DNA from: Phaeosaccion multiseriatum
Lineage: Eukaryota; Protista; Ochrophyta, other classes
Reading direction: 5' to 3'
Assembly (NCBI GenBank): GCA_965112735.1
Contig: OZ218960.1
Coordinates: forward strand, 3,343,088-3,407,087
Length of the DNA stretch: 64,000 nucleotides
Shown: positions 1 to 13,878 of the stretch, piece after piece
Layout of the letters: every line of letters starts with the position of its first letter
Position numbering within the stretch: the first letter of the stretch is position 1
Program-made: the position numbers and the translations under genes
Notes under the pieces: model-generated
Database searches by the model: none
Seen by the model: the letters and a program-made list of their open reading frames with translations, nothing else
What the model was told of the DNA's origin: nothing

Positions 1-918
1 CGGCTCTAGAGGCCGAATTGGAGAGCAATGGAGGCTCTGACGACCGCATCGTCGATAGCTTGAGGGCCGAGGTGGGGCGACTAGCGGAGAACAAAGAGGA
101 GCTGTTGGTGGTGCAGCGGCAGCAGGAGGAGCAGATGGAAGCGATCCGCACAGAGAAGGAGGCCCTGCAGGAGGGGCAGTTGGTGATACGGCAGCAGAAG
201 GAGGCGCTGTGTGACGAGCTGAAGGCGGCACTGCAGGAGAGGGACAGAGCAGGCCAAGAGGCGGAGGAGCAGAGGGAACAGGTGCTCGCCCTGGGGGCGC
301 AGGTGGACGCCTTGGAGAGGCAGTTGGTGGTACAGCAGCAGCAGGAGGAGGAGGAGCGGCGGGAGGAGCGGCGGGAGGAGGGCAGGGACCCCACCGAGTG
401 CCTGCAGCAAGAGGTGAGCCAGAGAGTGCCGAACGTATCATGTCACCAACAGGCTCAGGGGGGGCGAAACTGCGCAGCTCTCTCTCCGTCTCCGTGCTCT
501 TCGCCCCCGTCTCTATCTCTCTCTTTCTCTCTCGCTCACTGCGTCCCACGAATGGGTATCCCCCCCCCCCCCACCCCCCCAAACAACAACAGCTGAAGGT
601 TGCGCGGGAGGCCCTCGCTGCTGGAGAGGCAGGGAGGGCCGAGGAAAGACAGACACTCGCCGACAAGAGCGACGCCTGCAGGCAGATGGTGGGTTGGGGG
701 GAGGAGGGGAGGGAAGGGAGGGAACGGAAGGGAGGGAGGCAGGCAGGCAGGGAGGTAGAAAGGGAAGGAGGCAGGGGGTGGGGGGACGAAAGACCGGCCC
801 TTAGTGGAGAGACTATGGACAGAAGTAGAGGGGCGAGCTGAGCAGAAATTGGCGGGGAATGGAGGGGGAGGGGATGGGATGTACAAGGACTCGTATCTTT
901 GATCCTCACCCTAACGTA

Positions 919-955
<37 letters not shown>

Positions 956-3900
956 CGTGCGTGCGCCCCTCAGGAGGAGAAGCTCCAAGCGCTTGGAGAG
1001 AGCTCTGAGCGAGAGGCGCGGCAAGCCACGGCCACCGCACTGGCACTGCACACTGCGCAGGAGCAGCTGAAGGAGGCCCTCTCCCAGCAGGTCAGCCAAA
1101 GCCCTCTCGCCACAGCCCTCTGTCTCCTCTCCTCTTTTTCAAAGTCCTCTGCTCCTCCATATCTGTGCTTAGTCTCTCTCGTCGCTCGCCCCCCTCCCCC
1201 TCCCCCCCGCCGTCTCCTCCCCCGAGTGAGTCATCCATAACCTCGCCCCCCTCCCCTGCTGTCTCTACTCTGCCCTGCGCAGAGCCAAATGGCGTGTAGT
1301 CTGCAGCTGCTCGAAGCAAAGCTATCGGCAGCTCAGTCCGCCCTCTCTGAGGAGAAGGGCAAGGCGGAGGCCGCAAGGAAGGAGCAGGCAGAGGCGATGA
1401 TGATGGCCGAGGCACGGGCCCACTCCAAGCCCCGGCAGCAGGAGCAGGGCAAGGAGGAGAAGGAGGAGAATGAGGAGGGGGCGCTCCTCACGGGGCAACG
1501 GCAGATGCAGCAACAGATGCAGCAACAGATAAAGCAACAAGTCACTACGCCCGCACATGGGGAGGCGTCGGAGATGAGGCGGAGAAGGGGGAGCAGGGGA
1601 AGCAGGGACAGCAGGGGCAACAGGAGGAGGAGGCGGAGGGCCCGTAGGGCCGAGCTGAGCGAAGGAGGGAGAGCGCAGGAGGAGGAGGAGGCTGGCGGAG
1701 GAGGGGAGAGAGGGGAGAAAGGGGAGGAGCTGTCTTTGTCACCGCTGTCCTCGTCGGGGGTGTCTTTGTCGTCCTCGTCCTCCTCCAACACGGAGGTGAA
1801 CGTGCAACGTGTGATGATGGCAATGGATGTGGATGTGGGGATGGCAGAGGAAGGGGACATGGAGCAGTCGGGCATCGGCATGGGTATCAGCCCCGTGCTC
1901 ACTTCGTCGCACTTCCGGCCCCGACAAGGGGAGGAAGAGGAGGAGGAGGGGGAGGGGGAGGGGGCGGCGGCGGAGGAGCAGGAGGAGGGGGACATGACTG
2001 CGGAACAAGTGGACGAGTGGCTCTCCAGGGAAGTGTCCATGCAGGCCGTGGAGCTGCGCCAGGTGCGTGGGCGATGATCAGGGATGGCAGTGGAAGGGGC
2101 GTGACTTAGCGTGTGGCTGTGTCTTCGCCGAAGTGCGTGTATTATTCGCGAGTGTCTAGTCCAAGGGGTATGACAGTGAAAGGCGGATGGTAGTGGAAGG
2201 GGGATGCCCGAAAGACGTGCATACACCCATTTACCTCACTCACGTATGCCTGGTTCCGTCCTGTGTGTGTGCGCGTGTCCAGAAGGTGTCCTCACAGGAG
2301 GAACAGCAGGAGGAGGAGCACCAGGGGCAGGGATGGAAGAGAGGGGCGACAGAGCTGAGCCTTAGTTTGCTGAGCGACGGAGGAGGCTTTGTCAACACAG
2401 GAGGAGATGGAGCACAACAGACGGAGACAGAGAGTGGCCAGATGGCACTAGACACGGTGCGCGGCAGTGGTGCGACAGTGCAGCAGGGGGTGGGTGAGGG
2501 AGCCGTCGCACCTGCTGTACCACCAACTCCTGCCCCTGCTGTATCACCAACTGTCGGGGCGGCACTCGTGTCGGAGCTGACCAAAATGTACGAGAAGAAG
2601 GACGCGGAGTGCCGCCAGCTCCTGTCCGAACTCGAGGCGCTGCGGCACAAGCAGGCGGGGGCCGAGAGAGGCGCGGAGGAGGCGGAGGAGAGGGCGGCAA
2701 GGGCGCAGGGCAGGGCACGGCGGCTGCAGGCAGAACTGCAAGAGCTACAGGCGGAGCTCGACGAGCAGAGCAGGGAGGTGCGCAGGTTGGCGGGAAGGGC
2801 CGCGGAGCTTCAGGCGCGCATTGAGGCGAGGGCCAGCAGCAGCGGGGTGGAGGGCCTCAGGCAAGCGGAGTGGGAGCTTGCCCACTCTCAGGCCAACACC
2901 CAACAGGCAGAGGCTGAGAGAGACCACCTCGAGATACAGGTCAGGGCAGGCTGGCAGGGGCAGCAATTTGGGGTTGGTGGTACTTATTCGAGGAAGGGGA
3001 GCTGAGTAGGCAGGTCACTGGCTGAGTAGGCAGGTCACTGGCTGAGTAGGCAGGTCACTGGCTGAGAGGCAGGTCACTGGGTCGTTGGGGAATACGTGTG
3101 GCATGCCGTGCCAGCTTGTCTTGCCGTCGTTGAGACAGCGTCCCTTTCCCTGCTGGTACATTGCTGCTGTCCGGATAGAGAGTAAAATAGGATAGAAGCA
3201 AGCAATCTCCGGCGGAGTGATTGATTCCACTCATTTCGTGTCTATAGAGGGAGGGAGACATGTCTTTGGTACATCGGCGCATGTGCTGACATCTGTGAGG
3301 GTCGCTCTTGCTGCCCGTATGCCCAACTTCCCTGCCTCAGATGCAGCGCGCTCGGGTGCAGTACTCGGCGCACTGCGAAGCGCTGTCCGAGCTCGAAGAC
3401 GCCCTCCGAGAGCTTCAGGAGGCGGAGAGGGGGGAGAGGGAGTCCAAGGAGGGACTGCAGGTGAGGTGCAGTCAGGTAGTGGGCAGGCTAGGCAGGCAAG
3501 CAGGCCGCACCTGCAGGAAGGCGGAGCGGAGGAGGGAAGGGAGAGAGAAGGAGGCCAGCGGGACAAGAGAAGAGAAGAGATGCGTTGGCGCAGCGCAAAG
3601 TGCATCCTCCTGAAGCGACGGTGAATGAGTCGGTCTTTGTGCGTGCGTATGTGTATGTCTTTGTGTGCGTGTGTATGTGACTCCCAGGCACTTCTGGAGG
3701 AGCAGGTGCGCAGAGAGGCCTCGACTCTGTCGGAGATGGAGACGCTCGCCGCCCGAGCCGCGCAGGAGCTGCGCGGGGCGGAGGCGGACAACGCCTGGCA
3801 AAGGGGACATGTTCAGCGCCTTGAGGGGGCCGTGGAGGACCATCGCTCGCTGCAGAGGCAAATGCAACACGCCATGAGGGAGCGAGAGGTGAGTGCGAGG

Positions 3901-6900
3901 AGGATGAGAGGAATGGGGGGGGGGCTGCCAAGAGAGAGGGAGTGCAGAGGAGCGGATCGCTTCCATGCGTTCGGTGTGTTCAGTGGGCGGCACTGCTCTT
4001 CGTGCTGGCTGACTGGAAGGGCCCTCCTTGATTCCGTTCGATTGTCCTGCTCTGTCCCACCTCCTTTGCCTGCAGGCCCAGGCAGAGGAGGCCCTGTCAC
4101 GAGCAATTTGCGCCGAGGAAGGCGTGCACAGCGCACAGCGCGAGGCAGAGGAGGCAAAGCAGCAGGTGGAGGCGCTGGGAGCGGCCATAGGGAGGGCAGA
4201 GGCTGTGCTGGACAGCTGCCTTGAGGCGTGTTTAAGAGCCAGGAGAGGGCGAGAGGAGGAGGAGGAGGACTCCGACGACGAAGAGGAGGAGAAGGAGGAG
4301 GGGGAGGACAGGGAGGGGGGCAGCACCGCGGGAGCGTTGTCGTCCAAGCTGGTGCTGCTGCGGCGCGGCTTGTTGTCTATTGTGGCGGAGAGAGACTCTC
4401 TGCAGCGCCGACTCTCTGCAGCGGCGAGGGACAGCGAGGAGCGCCTGAAAGCCAGGCTCGAGGCCGCCCAGGGGGGCACTTCCCAGGGGGGCTCGTCCCC
4501 AATGGATTCCGGAACGGCAGCGGCTGCGGCGAGTGAGCTGCAGCAGGAGCGGTCGTATGGGGTGGCGCTGGCGCTGGACAGACAAGAGGACCGGGCAAGA
4601 ATCGAGGAGCTGGTGGAGCAGCTCTCCCGGGGTGATGCACGGCTCAAGGAGGCGGAGGCAGAGAGAGCGGCGCAGCAGTTGGTGATACAGGCGACGCAGC
4701 AGGCCCAGGCGGAGCAGCGGACGGCAGACGAGGAAAGCGCCAGAATCAGCGCCGGCCTCAAGCGAGACCTCGAAGCTGCACAGGTCCAGCACGAGGAGCA
4801 AGTGGAGCGGTTGGCAGAGGCACAGAGCGGGCGGGATCAGCTCCAGGGGCTGCTGGAGGAGGCAAGGGAGAGGGAACAGAGGCTGGAGGAGGGAAGGCAG
4901 CAGATGGAGCAGGAGAGAGACGGGGCTCGGGCACAGGTGGAGAGGCTGCGGGGAGAAGGGCTCGCCAAGCAGAGGGAGCTTGAACTGCTGCACGAGGGAA
5001 GGCAACAGATGGAGGACCACCTCGCGGCGGAGAGGGCCTCCAGAGAGGATGTAAGACGGCTTTTGGGGGAGCAGAGGGAGAGAGAGGAGGCGCAGGCCAG
5101 AGATCTCAGGGAGAGCGCCAGGGAGAGGGAGGGCCTCGGACGGCAGCTGATGGAGGCGGAGCGGGCCCTCGAGAGGGCCCAGCAGCAGTTGGTGATACAG
5201 CTCCACGAGCAGCAGCAGGAGCACGAGGGCGAGGAGAGAAGCGCGATAGGAGGGAGGGAGGAGGCCCTGCGGCGGCTGGCGGAGAGGGAGGAGGAACTTC
5301 GGCAGGCCAGGGAGGAGCAGAAGCAACTGGTGATTCAGCTCCAAGAGCAGCAGCGAGTGGTGGGCCAGCTCCAAGAGCGGCAGGAGCATCATGAGGGGGA
5401 GGAGAGAAGCGCGGGACAGGCGAGGGAGGAGACCCGGCGGCGGCTGGTGGAGATAGAGGAGGAGCGACAACATTTGGTGATACAACTCCAAGAGCAGCAA
5501 CAAGTGGTTATGCAGCTCCACGAGCAGCGAGAGCAGCACAGACAGGCCCTGGCGACCACCCGCGGCGGCGAGGAGGAGCTGAGGGAGGAGAGAGATGAGC
5601 TGAGCCGGCGGCTGGAGGAGGAAAGGCAGCAGATGGAGGAGCTGAGCCGGCGGCTGGAGGAGGAAAGGCAGCAGATGGAGGAGCTGAGCCGGCGGCTGGA
5701 GGAGGAAAGGCAGCAGATGGAGGAGCTGTCCAGTCGGCTGGAGCGGGGGGAGGCGGAGCGGCAGAAAGAAGAACGACGCTTCGAGGAGGGGAGAGCGCGG
5801 TGGGAGGAAGAGAGAGAGGCCCTGCAAGGAGAGGCGGGCGGCGCGCGGCAGGAGCTCAGGCAAAGCAAGGTACGGGGGACGGGAGTGCGTGGGAGGGAGG
5901 GGAAGGTGTCTACGTATGTTCGTGTATGGTGTCTTTAGCTCGGGCATGGGGAGGAGGTTGGGTGAGTAGTGAGGCACGCATCAACTAATTACACTTTGCT
6001 GCCCTCTCTGCCCCTCCCCTGCCTGCCATCCGCTGCCATCCGGAGCAGGAGCAGCTCGCCCAGTTGGCCGAGGCGGTTAGGGCAGCGGAAAGCCGCGCAT
6101 CTGCCCTTCTGCTACCATCCAGCAGGTCGAGCAGCGGCAGGATCACCCCCTTGATCCCTTCTGCCCCCCCTGGGTCTCCTGGGCAGCAGCCCCCACAGCA
6201 GGGCATGTTGGGCATACAAGGCATGTTCACAGGCATAGACTTGGCGACGACACTGGAGGAGCAACAGCAGCAGCAGGGCGTGTGGGGCGTGCTGACTGGA
6301 GGCTTGGCCACGCTGGTGGAGGTGTTGGGACGGCTGAGCGGAGCCGTCGAGGAGCGCCGCGAGGAGGTGAATGCACTCAAGAGGGAAAGGGAGGAGGCGG
6401 GGAGGAACATGCACGAGCGGATGGAGGAGGCAGGGCGGCTCTTGGCAGGGGCAAGGGAAGACAACGCGAGGGCGGTGGGCGAGCTGGAGGAGCTGGGGAG
6501 GGGCAGGCAGGACATGGCAAGGCGCCTGGCGGAAAGGGGGGAGGAGCTGGAGCAGGCCAAGGAGGAGCTACGGCAGTTGGTGGTACAGCTCCAAGAGCAG
6601 CGGAGGTTGGTGGTGCAGCTTCGAGAGTCAGGGCGGAAACAGGAGCAGGCAGGGAGGGAGGGAGGCGTCCAGGGGGAGGGGATGGAGGAGGAGCAGAAGC
6701 AGCTGGTGATACAGCTTGAAGAGCAGCAACAGTTGGTGCTACAGCTCCGGGAGCAGCAGCAGGAGCACGAAGAGAAGGAGAAAAATGTGGAGGAAGGGAG
6801 GGAGGAGGCCCGGCGGCACCTGACGGAGAGAGATGAGGAACTGCGGCAGGCCAGGGAGGAGCAACAGCAGTTGGTGATACAGCTCCAAGAGCTGCAGCAG

Positions 6901-9900
6901 CAGGCCCGTGAGGAGCAACGGCAGCAGGAGGGGCTCAAAGTGGAGCTTGATGCGCACGAGGCAAGGGCTGAGGAGCAGAGGCAGCGAGGCGCCGAGGAGC
7001 AGCAGCAGTTGGTGGCACAGCTCCAGGAGCAGCAGCAGTTGGTGATGCAGCTGGAAGAGCAGCAGCAGCAGGAGAGGGAGGAGCTGCAGCAGTTGGTGGT
7101 ACAGCTCCAAGAGCGGCAGCAGCAGGAGAGGGAGGAGCAGCGGCAGGAGGTGGAGGGGCTGAAGGTGGAGCTTGAGGGACTGCAGGCACGGGCAGAGGAG
7201 CAAAGGCAGCGCGACGTGGAGGAGCTGCAACAGTTGGTGATGCAGCGGACGGGGGAGAACGAGGAGCTGCAGGCGGCGTTGGAGCGGGCAGAGGAGAGCG
7301 TGTGCGCCCTTCAGGTGGGTGGGTCGGGCGGGAGGCGCAGAGAATTATGGGCAGGTATATGCGTAGGCAGGCAGGCAGGCAGTCAGGCAGGCAGGCGAGC
7401 AGACAGGCAAGTAGGCAGGCAGATAAGTTGGCAGGCAACGAGGGAGTCAATTCCGTTTTTCGGCTCACCTCATTGATGCTTGCAGACAGAGAGAGCGCCC
7501 ATGAGTTGGCTTTGTGGTCGGAGGGAGAGGACACAGGGTTAGGGTTGACGGCTTATATATAGGCGGACTGTGTCTATGTATCGACTGTGTTGACCTCTTG
7601 CGTATGTTTTGACTGTATCGATTTCGTTGCCTCCCCCCCCCGCGCAGGAGGAGCTCTCGCATCTGCTGGCCCATGCACAAGCAACGGAGGGGCAGGAGGA
7701 CTTACAGTTGGCGCTGCGGCAGAGCGAAGAGCGTGTGGGGCAGCTTGAGGAGCGTCTGTTGGCCGTGGGGGAGGAGGGCGCGCAGGCGCTGGCACAGCTC
7801 GAGCAGGAGCTGGAGCGGCGCTATCGCATGGGACAGGGCGAGCAGCAGTTGGTGATTCAGCAGCAGCAGGAGCAGCAGCAGGAGCAGCAGCAGAGGGAAG
7901 AGGCGCTAAAGGCCGAGCTGGCGGCCGGGAGGCGGGAGATCGCGCAGCAGTTGGTGGTACAGCAACAGCAGCAGCAGGAGCTCCAGGAGCAGCAGTTGGT
8001 GATACAGCTGCAGGAGCGGCGGCAGGAGCAGCAGGAGCTAAAGGAGCAGGAGCAACAGCATCGCTTGGATCAAGGTCAAGAACAGTTGGTGGTACAGCAT
8101 CGGCAGCAGCAGCGGATCGAGGCGCTGTCGGCGGAGCTTGAGACCACAAGGAGCCGCCTTGACGGCCTTCAGCAGCAGGAGGATGAAGGGAAGTTGGTGG
8201 TACAGCAGCGGGCCACGCTCAGGGAGGCCGCGAGGGAGGCATTTGCCCTGCTGGAGGAGGCGCAGGCAAGTGACTGCCACGATTCGGAAACCTCCGCCGT
8301 GGTGCTGGCCCTGGCCGTGAGGAGGGGTGCCACAGAGGGGAGTATCGCATATGGCGACGACGACGACGATGTGCTCTCCGCGGTGAGGGCCCTCGGGGCA
8401 CACTTGGAGAGCTTGCGGGCGGCGCTTAAGGCCAAGCTACTCTTGACTCGGGAGCAGAAATTGGTGATCCAGCGGCAGAGGCAAGACAGGCAGCAGCTAG
8501 AGCGGGCCTTGGCGGGCCTCGCGGGAGGGGACTCTCCGGGGGGGGAGGGGGAGGGGCCCCACACCTTGCAGATGGGGCCCAAGAGCTTGCAGATGGTGCT
8601 CTCCGACGGGGGCGAAGGGGCCGTGGAAGGGGATGTCGAGGAGGCAGAGGGGGCAGAGAAGGCGGAGGAGGAGGCCCCCTCCCCCCTCCCCGCGGCCGTG
8701 GTGAGGCTACTGGGGGCACTGGCCGCGAGGCAGGAGGAGGCCGCAAGGCTCAAGGTGCAAGCCGCACAGCTCGGAGGTGCGCTCAGGGCAGCCGAGGAGA
8801 GGGCAGAGAGGGCAGAGGGAGCAGAGAGGAGCGGGAGGGAGGGCCGGGAGGAGAGCCGGGAGGAGGCTGGGCAGTTGGTGATACGGGCGGCGGGTCTAGA
8901 GAGGCACTGTCGCCAGCTGCAGATTGACCTCGCGGCGGCGGAGGAGGAGGCGAGTGACTGCAGGGCGAGGCTCGAGCAGAGGGAGGCGGAGGCCAGGCAC
9001 GAGGTGGGGCAGTTGGTGATACGGGCGGCGGAGCTGGAGGGGCAGCTGCAGAGCCGGGACAGGGAGCTTGAGCGTGACCGCACTTGGGGCTCCGGTGGGG
9101 GGGAGCAAGTGACCCAACTGGAGCTGGAGCTGGAGGCCTCCCGAGCAGAGGCTGAGGCCTCCGGAAGAGAGGTGGAGACCCTGTCGGGGACTCTCTCTAG
9201 GCGGCGCTCGGAGATGGATGGCCTGCTGGAGAGCCTCGAGGTAAGCGAGCAAGTAAGTGCGTGCGTGCGTGCGCGGGGGAGATAGAAGGGTAACCAAGGG
9301 CCGAGGCGTGTTGTTCTGACGTCCTTGACGTGCGCTGAAACTGAAACTGAAACTGAAACTGAAATTTCACAGGCCTTGACGCTGGAGCGGGAGGCGGCTG
9401 AGGACAGGCTGCGGCAAGTGGGCGAGGCACTCGACAAAAGCGAGAGGTGGCGCCAAGAGGTGAGGACGGAGGAGGGAGGAGAGAGGGCCTGGAGGAGAAA
9501 GGCAAGAGAGGTAGAGAGGGGACGCGCGAAGGGGACGATTCGTGAGGACCGGCCACCATCGTGGTACCCGTCCGTGCTGCTGTCTGTCCTGGTGCATCAC
9601 CAACTGCTGTATCACCAACTGCTGTATCATCATCTGCCTCACCCCCGCCTAGGTGGAGCGAGTGAGCGCCGCCCGAGAACAGGACCTGGCCTTGGCGCTG
9701 GAGGAGAGAGAGGCGGCAGAGGCAAGAGAGGGGGGGCTGCAGCAGCGCTGCCAAGGCCTGTCCGCAGACAACCAACGCCTCAACGAGCGCTTGCGCGCCC
9801 TGCTGGACAAGGCCGAGCCCGACGCTGACGGGAGGGTTAGGGTTGTTAAAGCTTCCGCTGACTCTAGGTGGGGCTCTTATGAGTCGGGGGAGGAGGGCGA

Positions 9901-11020
9901 ACTTATGACAGTTAGGGCTCGGCGGGCGAGGCCCAGGCCCAATCAGGGGCCCAAGCAGGGGCTTAAGCAGGGGCTTGAGCAGGGGGACGCGCAGAGCTCC
10001 TCAGGCATGTTCGCCTCCATCGGCGTTGGAGAGCGCTTGCTGGAGCTGCAGAGCGAAGCCGACTCACAGAGGGAGGAGTTGGTGATTCAGAGGGAGGAGC
10101 TCCTCAGGGCCAGGCAGGCCCTCCTGGAGGCGGAACACGCACGGGATGGCGCACGCGCGGAAGCGGACGAGGAGCGGGACCGGCGAGCGGCGCTGGCGAG
10201 GAAGGAGCAGGAGCTGAGAATGAAGGTCACGGGGCAGAGCGACGCACTGAGACAGGCGGACAGGCTCGTGGCCAGGCTGCAGGCACAGCACCAGCAGCAG
10301 GGGGAGTTGGTAATACGGCAGGAGGAGCGGGCGAGGGAAGAAGAAGAGCGCTTGCGAATTACGGAGGCGCAGCTCAGGGCGAGGGTTCAGCAGGAGCAAC
10401 AGGACCAGAGGGGGGAGCGCAACAACGATGAGGTGCTGCGGATGGTGCAGAGACAGACCGCCCTCAGGGACGAGGAGTGCATTCGCCTCAAGGCACAAGT
10501 CAAGAAGGGCAGGCACGCCTTGGCCAGGGCAGTGAGGGCAGTGGCTCAGGGGCAGGGGCAGAGGCAGCGGCGGCGGCAGAAGGAGGGGGAGGAGGAGGAG
10601 GAGGAGGAGCAGGCGGAGGAGGAGGAGGAGGAGGGAGGGGGGATGGGCCAGGAAGGAGAGGAAGGAGAGGAAGGAGCCGCAGCGGAGAGTGCCCGAGTGG
10701 AGACTGTTCGTACGCAGGGGCGCCCTTCCGATGGACAGCACCCGACCGAGAGGGGCCCAACCGAGAGGGGCCCAACCAAGAGGGGTCCAGGGGGGAGAGC
10801 GCATGTGCGTGTGGCTGGACCCTCCAGCAAGGGCAGGGGGAGGGGGCGTATTGGCCGCAGCGGGGGAAAGGAGAACGCCCCGGGGGGAGGGGCTTCCCTG
10901 GGCACCTCTCTGAGCGCTTCCTTCGGAGGCACTGCGTACTCTCGGCTTGTGGGCGCGCGTGTGAGGCTGACGCTGGGCAGCACGCAACAGCATCAACATA
11001 GACCTGCCCCGTCGGCTTAA
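1..11020 (+). CDS. Very large multi-exon coiled-coil protein rich in E/Q/R, with a recurrent QQLV(I/V)Q motif; 5' end probably upstream of the window
   Basis: Chain of + strand E/Q/R/A-rich ORF segments (18-413, 973-1090, 1305-2063, 2283-2939, 4076-5869, 6047-7315, 7648-9252, 9653-11020, approximate) bounded by GT..AG introns with microsatellites; stop TAA at 11018-11020. No recognisable globular domain. Confidence 0.75.
3001..3080 (+). repeat. Intronic 20-bp minisatellite (GCTGAGTAGGCAGGTCACTG) x~4
   Basis: Tandem copies read directly. Confidence 0.9.
5597..5722 (+). repeat. Coding 42-bp tandem repeat x3 (ELSRRLEEERQQME, two heptads)
   Basis: Three exact copies in ORF 4028-5938. Confidence 0.9.
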
Positions 11021-11408
11021 GGCTTTTGCCGTTACCGTAGGCTGCCAATTGCTTACCGTGCAGTGTCTTCAAAGGTGTACAAAAGAAAAGAGCGCGTGAG
11101 CGATCGATTCAAATGTATTAACGTGTAAAGTACTTCGAAGTAATAAATTAAGAAAATGAAAGGAGGAGGAGGAGGAGGAGGAGGAGGAGGAGGATTTTCT
11201 CTCGCCTCCAGCAACCCCCCTTGTGTGCTGCCTGCCTGTCCCCTTGTAAGACAAGTAAGCGCAAAAGAGCCAAACATGTCTCATCTAACCTAAGCTAACA
11301 TACACACCCCAACCTGTCCTCCCTCGCTCTCTATGTTGGGGAACATCGAAACTGAAACAACCGCCCCTCCTCCCCCCCCCTCCCCCGTCCTTCCAGGCCG
11401 GGCCCCGT

Positions 11409-13830
11409 TCACTTGTCGTCGAGGGCGGCCACACCGGGCAGCACTTTGCCCTCCAGGAGCTCCAGAGAGGCACCCCCTCCCGTGCTGATGTGCGACATCT
11501 TGTCCGCAAGGCCCGCCTTCTCCACCGCAGCCACGGAGTCCCCCCCCCCGATGATGGTGGTGCAGCCCCCTCCCGTCATGCCGCCAAGAGCCTCCGCAAT
11601 GGCAAGAGTGCCCTGCAGTTCGGGAAGAGGAAGGGGGGGGGGGGGAGGTCAGGCAAAGGGCAGGCGGGTAGGCGGGTAGGTTTTAGCGCGACTCTGTGTG
11701 ACCCCGGTGGTGCAACATGGGGGTGCTTTGATTGGCCGTCTTCAAAAGGTCAAGGCCCAGTCACATGCTAGGAAGGAGAGGTCTCGCACCAACACACGCA
11801 CCGCCCGATGTACCACGCCCGACTTCGCATCGCCTCTTTGTCCTCCTCCACCCATACGCCTCTACCTCGCTCTGATCATACACCTCTACGCATGCTTACC
11901 TTGCCGAACTTGTCCCACTCGAACACGCCCATGGGGCCGTTCCATACCACCGTCTTGCAGGGGGCAAGCGCAGCGCAGAACGCAGCGGAGCTCTGAGCGG
12001 CGGTGGAACCGGCCAGTCAAGCGGTCAGTCAAGCGGTCAGTCAAGCGGTCAGCAAGAGGGAGGGAGGGAGGTGGGGAAGGAGGGAGGGAGGCAGGGGGGA
12101 GGGGCGAAGGGAAGTAGGTAGGTAGGTAGGTAGGTGGGGGAGGGAGGGAGAGTGATTGATTGAGCATGTGAATGAGTGAGTGAGTGAGTTGAGTCTGCCA
12201 GTCGGTCGGTCCGTTGGTCGGTCGGTCAATCAGCCAGCCAGTCAGTCAGTCAGTCAGTCAGTCACCTCGGGTCCGATGTCCAGGCCCATCCAATCGTCGG
12301 GGATGCTGTCCACGCCCACCACCTTTGCCTCAGCGTCCTCGGCGAACTTGTCTGCCACGACGACGTCGGTGGGCAGGAGGAACTGCACGCCCTTTTCCTC
12401 TGCTGTCGCCATCAGTCGGGCTGAGTGACACAGAGAGCACAGAGCCGATGGGGTGCGTGAGAGAGAGAGAGAGAGGGGGGGGGGGGGCGAAGCTGCCACC
12501 TTGTGCCTGGTGTCAGGTGGGGAGGGGAGCAGCGACACGTACACTCGCACGCACATACACGGCCTACTCACTGGCGAGGTCAACGTAGTCGTCCTCTACC
12601 ATGCTCTTGCCAGTTGAGATGCCCTTGGCCTTGAGGAAGGTAAAGATCATGCCCCCACCCAGCAGGATGACGTTGCACTTGTCGAGCAGCGCCTCGATCA
12701 CAGTGATCTTGGACGACACCTGGGGGGGCATGCATACGCAAGCACACGCACACGCACAGATGCACACCGTGGCCTACGTCAGACTTTCTCTCTCAGCTTA
12801 TCGCTCCGCCCTCGCCCCTTCCCTCCCAGCAAAAGCCTCGCCCTCGCGCCCTTTCTCGTCTCCCCTCTATCCTCTCTCCTCCCCCTCCCCCCCTATCCAC
12901 CGCACCTTGGCTCCTCCGACGACGCAGGCGAGGGGTCTGACAGGCGCGTCCACCGCCCCCTGCAGGTACTTGAGCTCCTTCTCCATGAGGAAGCCAGCCA
13001 CCTGTGCAGTGCAGGACCAACAAACTCCTTCAGTAAAGCTTTGGGTAAGTGCAAAGAAAAGAGTGCGTGCGATTCCGCCAGTCCAATCGCAAGACGACTA
13101 ACCTTGTCCGACACGTGCTTGGTGATGCCCTCCGTGGAGGCGTGGGCCCTGTGCGCGGTGCCGAATGCGTCGTTAACGTAAAAGTCGGCGAGGCCCGAGA
13201 GCTGCTTGGCAAAGTCTGGGCAGTTGCTCTCCTCCCCAGCGTGGAATCGCACGTTCTCCAGCAGGATGACGCCTCCGTTGGGCAGCGCCTCCACCGCCGC
13301 GACGGCTTCGTCCCCCACGCTGTCGGGCGCCACCTTGACGTCCAGGCCCAGTACCTCCGACAACTTCGCGGCCACAGGGCGCATGCGGAGCGACTCCACC
13401 ACCTGCTTCTTGGGGCGGCCCAAGTGGCTGCACAGCACCACCTTGGCCCCCTTGTCACTCAGGAACTTGACGGTGGGCCCGCACGCGCGGAGGCGGGTGT
13501 CGTCCGTGACTGTGTAGGGCTCCTCCTTCGTGAGGGGCGCGTTGAGGTCCACCCTGCAGAACACCCTCTTGCCCGACAGATCCACTTCATCGAGACAGGA
13601 TAGCACGCCAGGGATAAGAGGATGGAAGGGAAGAATCGGTGGGTTAGGAGAGGAGGCAGAGAGCAGAGGTGCAGTGAAGAAGGAGCAGGGGGTGAAGATG
13701 CGTTGTAGCGGCTGGACATTCAACAAGACGAAATAGCAGGGATGAAGTTCAGAGATCAACAAGCGCACTTACCGCTCGCCGCCAGCTCCTCCACATTCTT
13801 CTTCGTGCTCGAGGGGCCTTCGGACGCCAT
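11409..13830 (-). CDS. PGK: Phosphoglycerate kinase, spliced, probably cytosolic (no N-terminal targeting extension)
   Basis: Motifs [86 protein letters not shown] at 13830, exon 1 13773-13830 with GTAAGT donor, exon 2 from 13584, stop TGA 11409-11411. Confidence 0.97.
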
Positions 13831-13843
13831 CTTTTCTTGTTCC

Positions 13844-13878
<35 letters not shown>

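Noticed and set aside
81-10999. Many long antisense ORFs (L/P/S-rich) over the coiled-coil gene, and similar ones over GRK, the glycosyltransferase and pol
   Set aside because: Shadow frames of GC-rich low-complexity coding sequence with no domain motifs.
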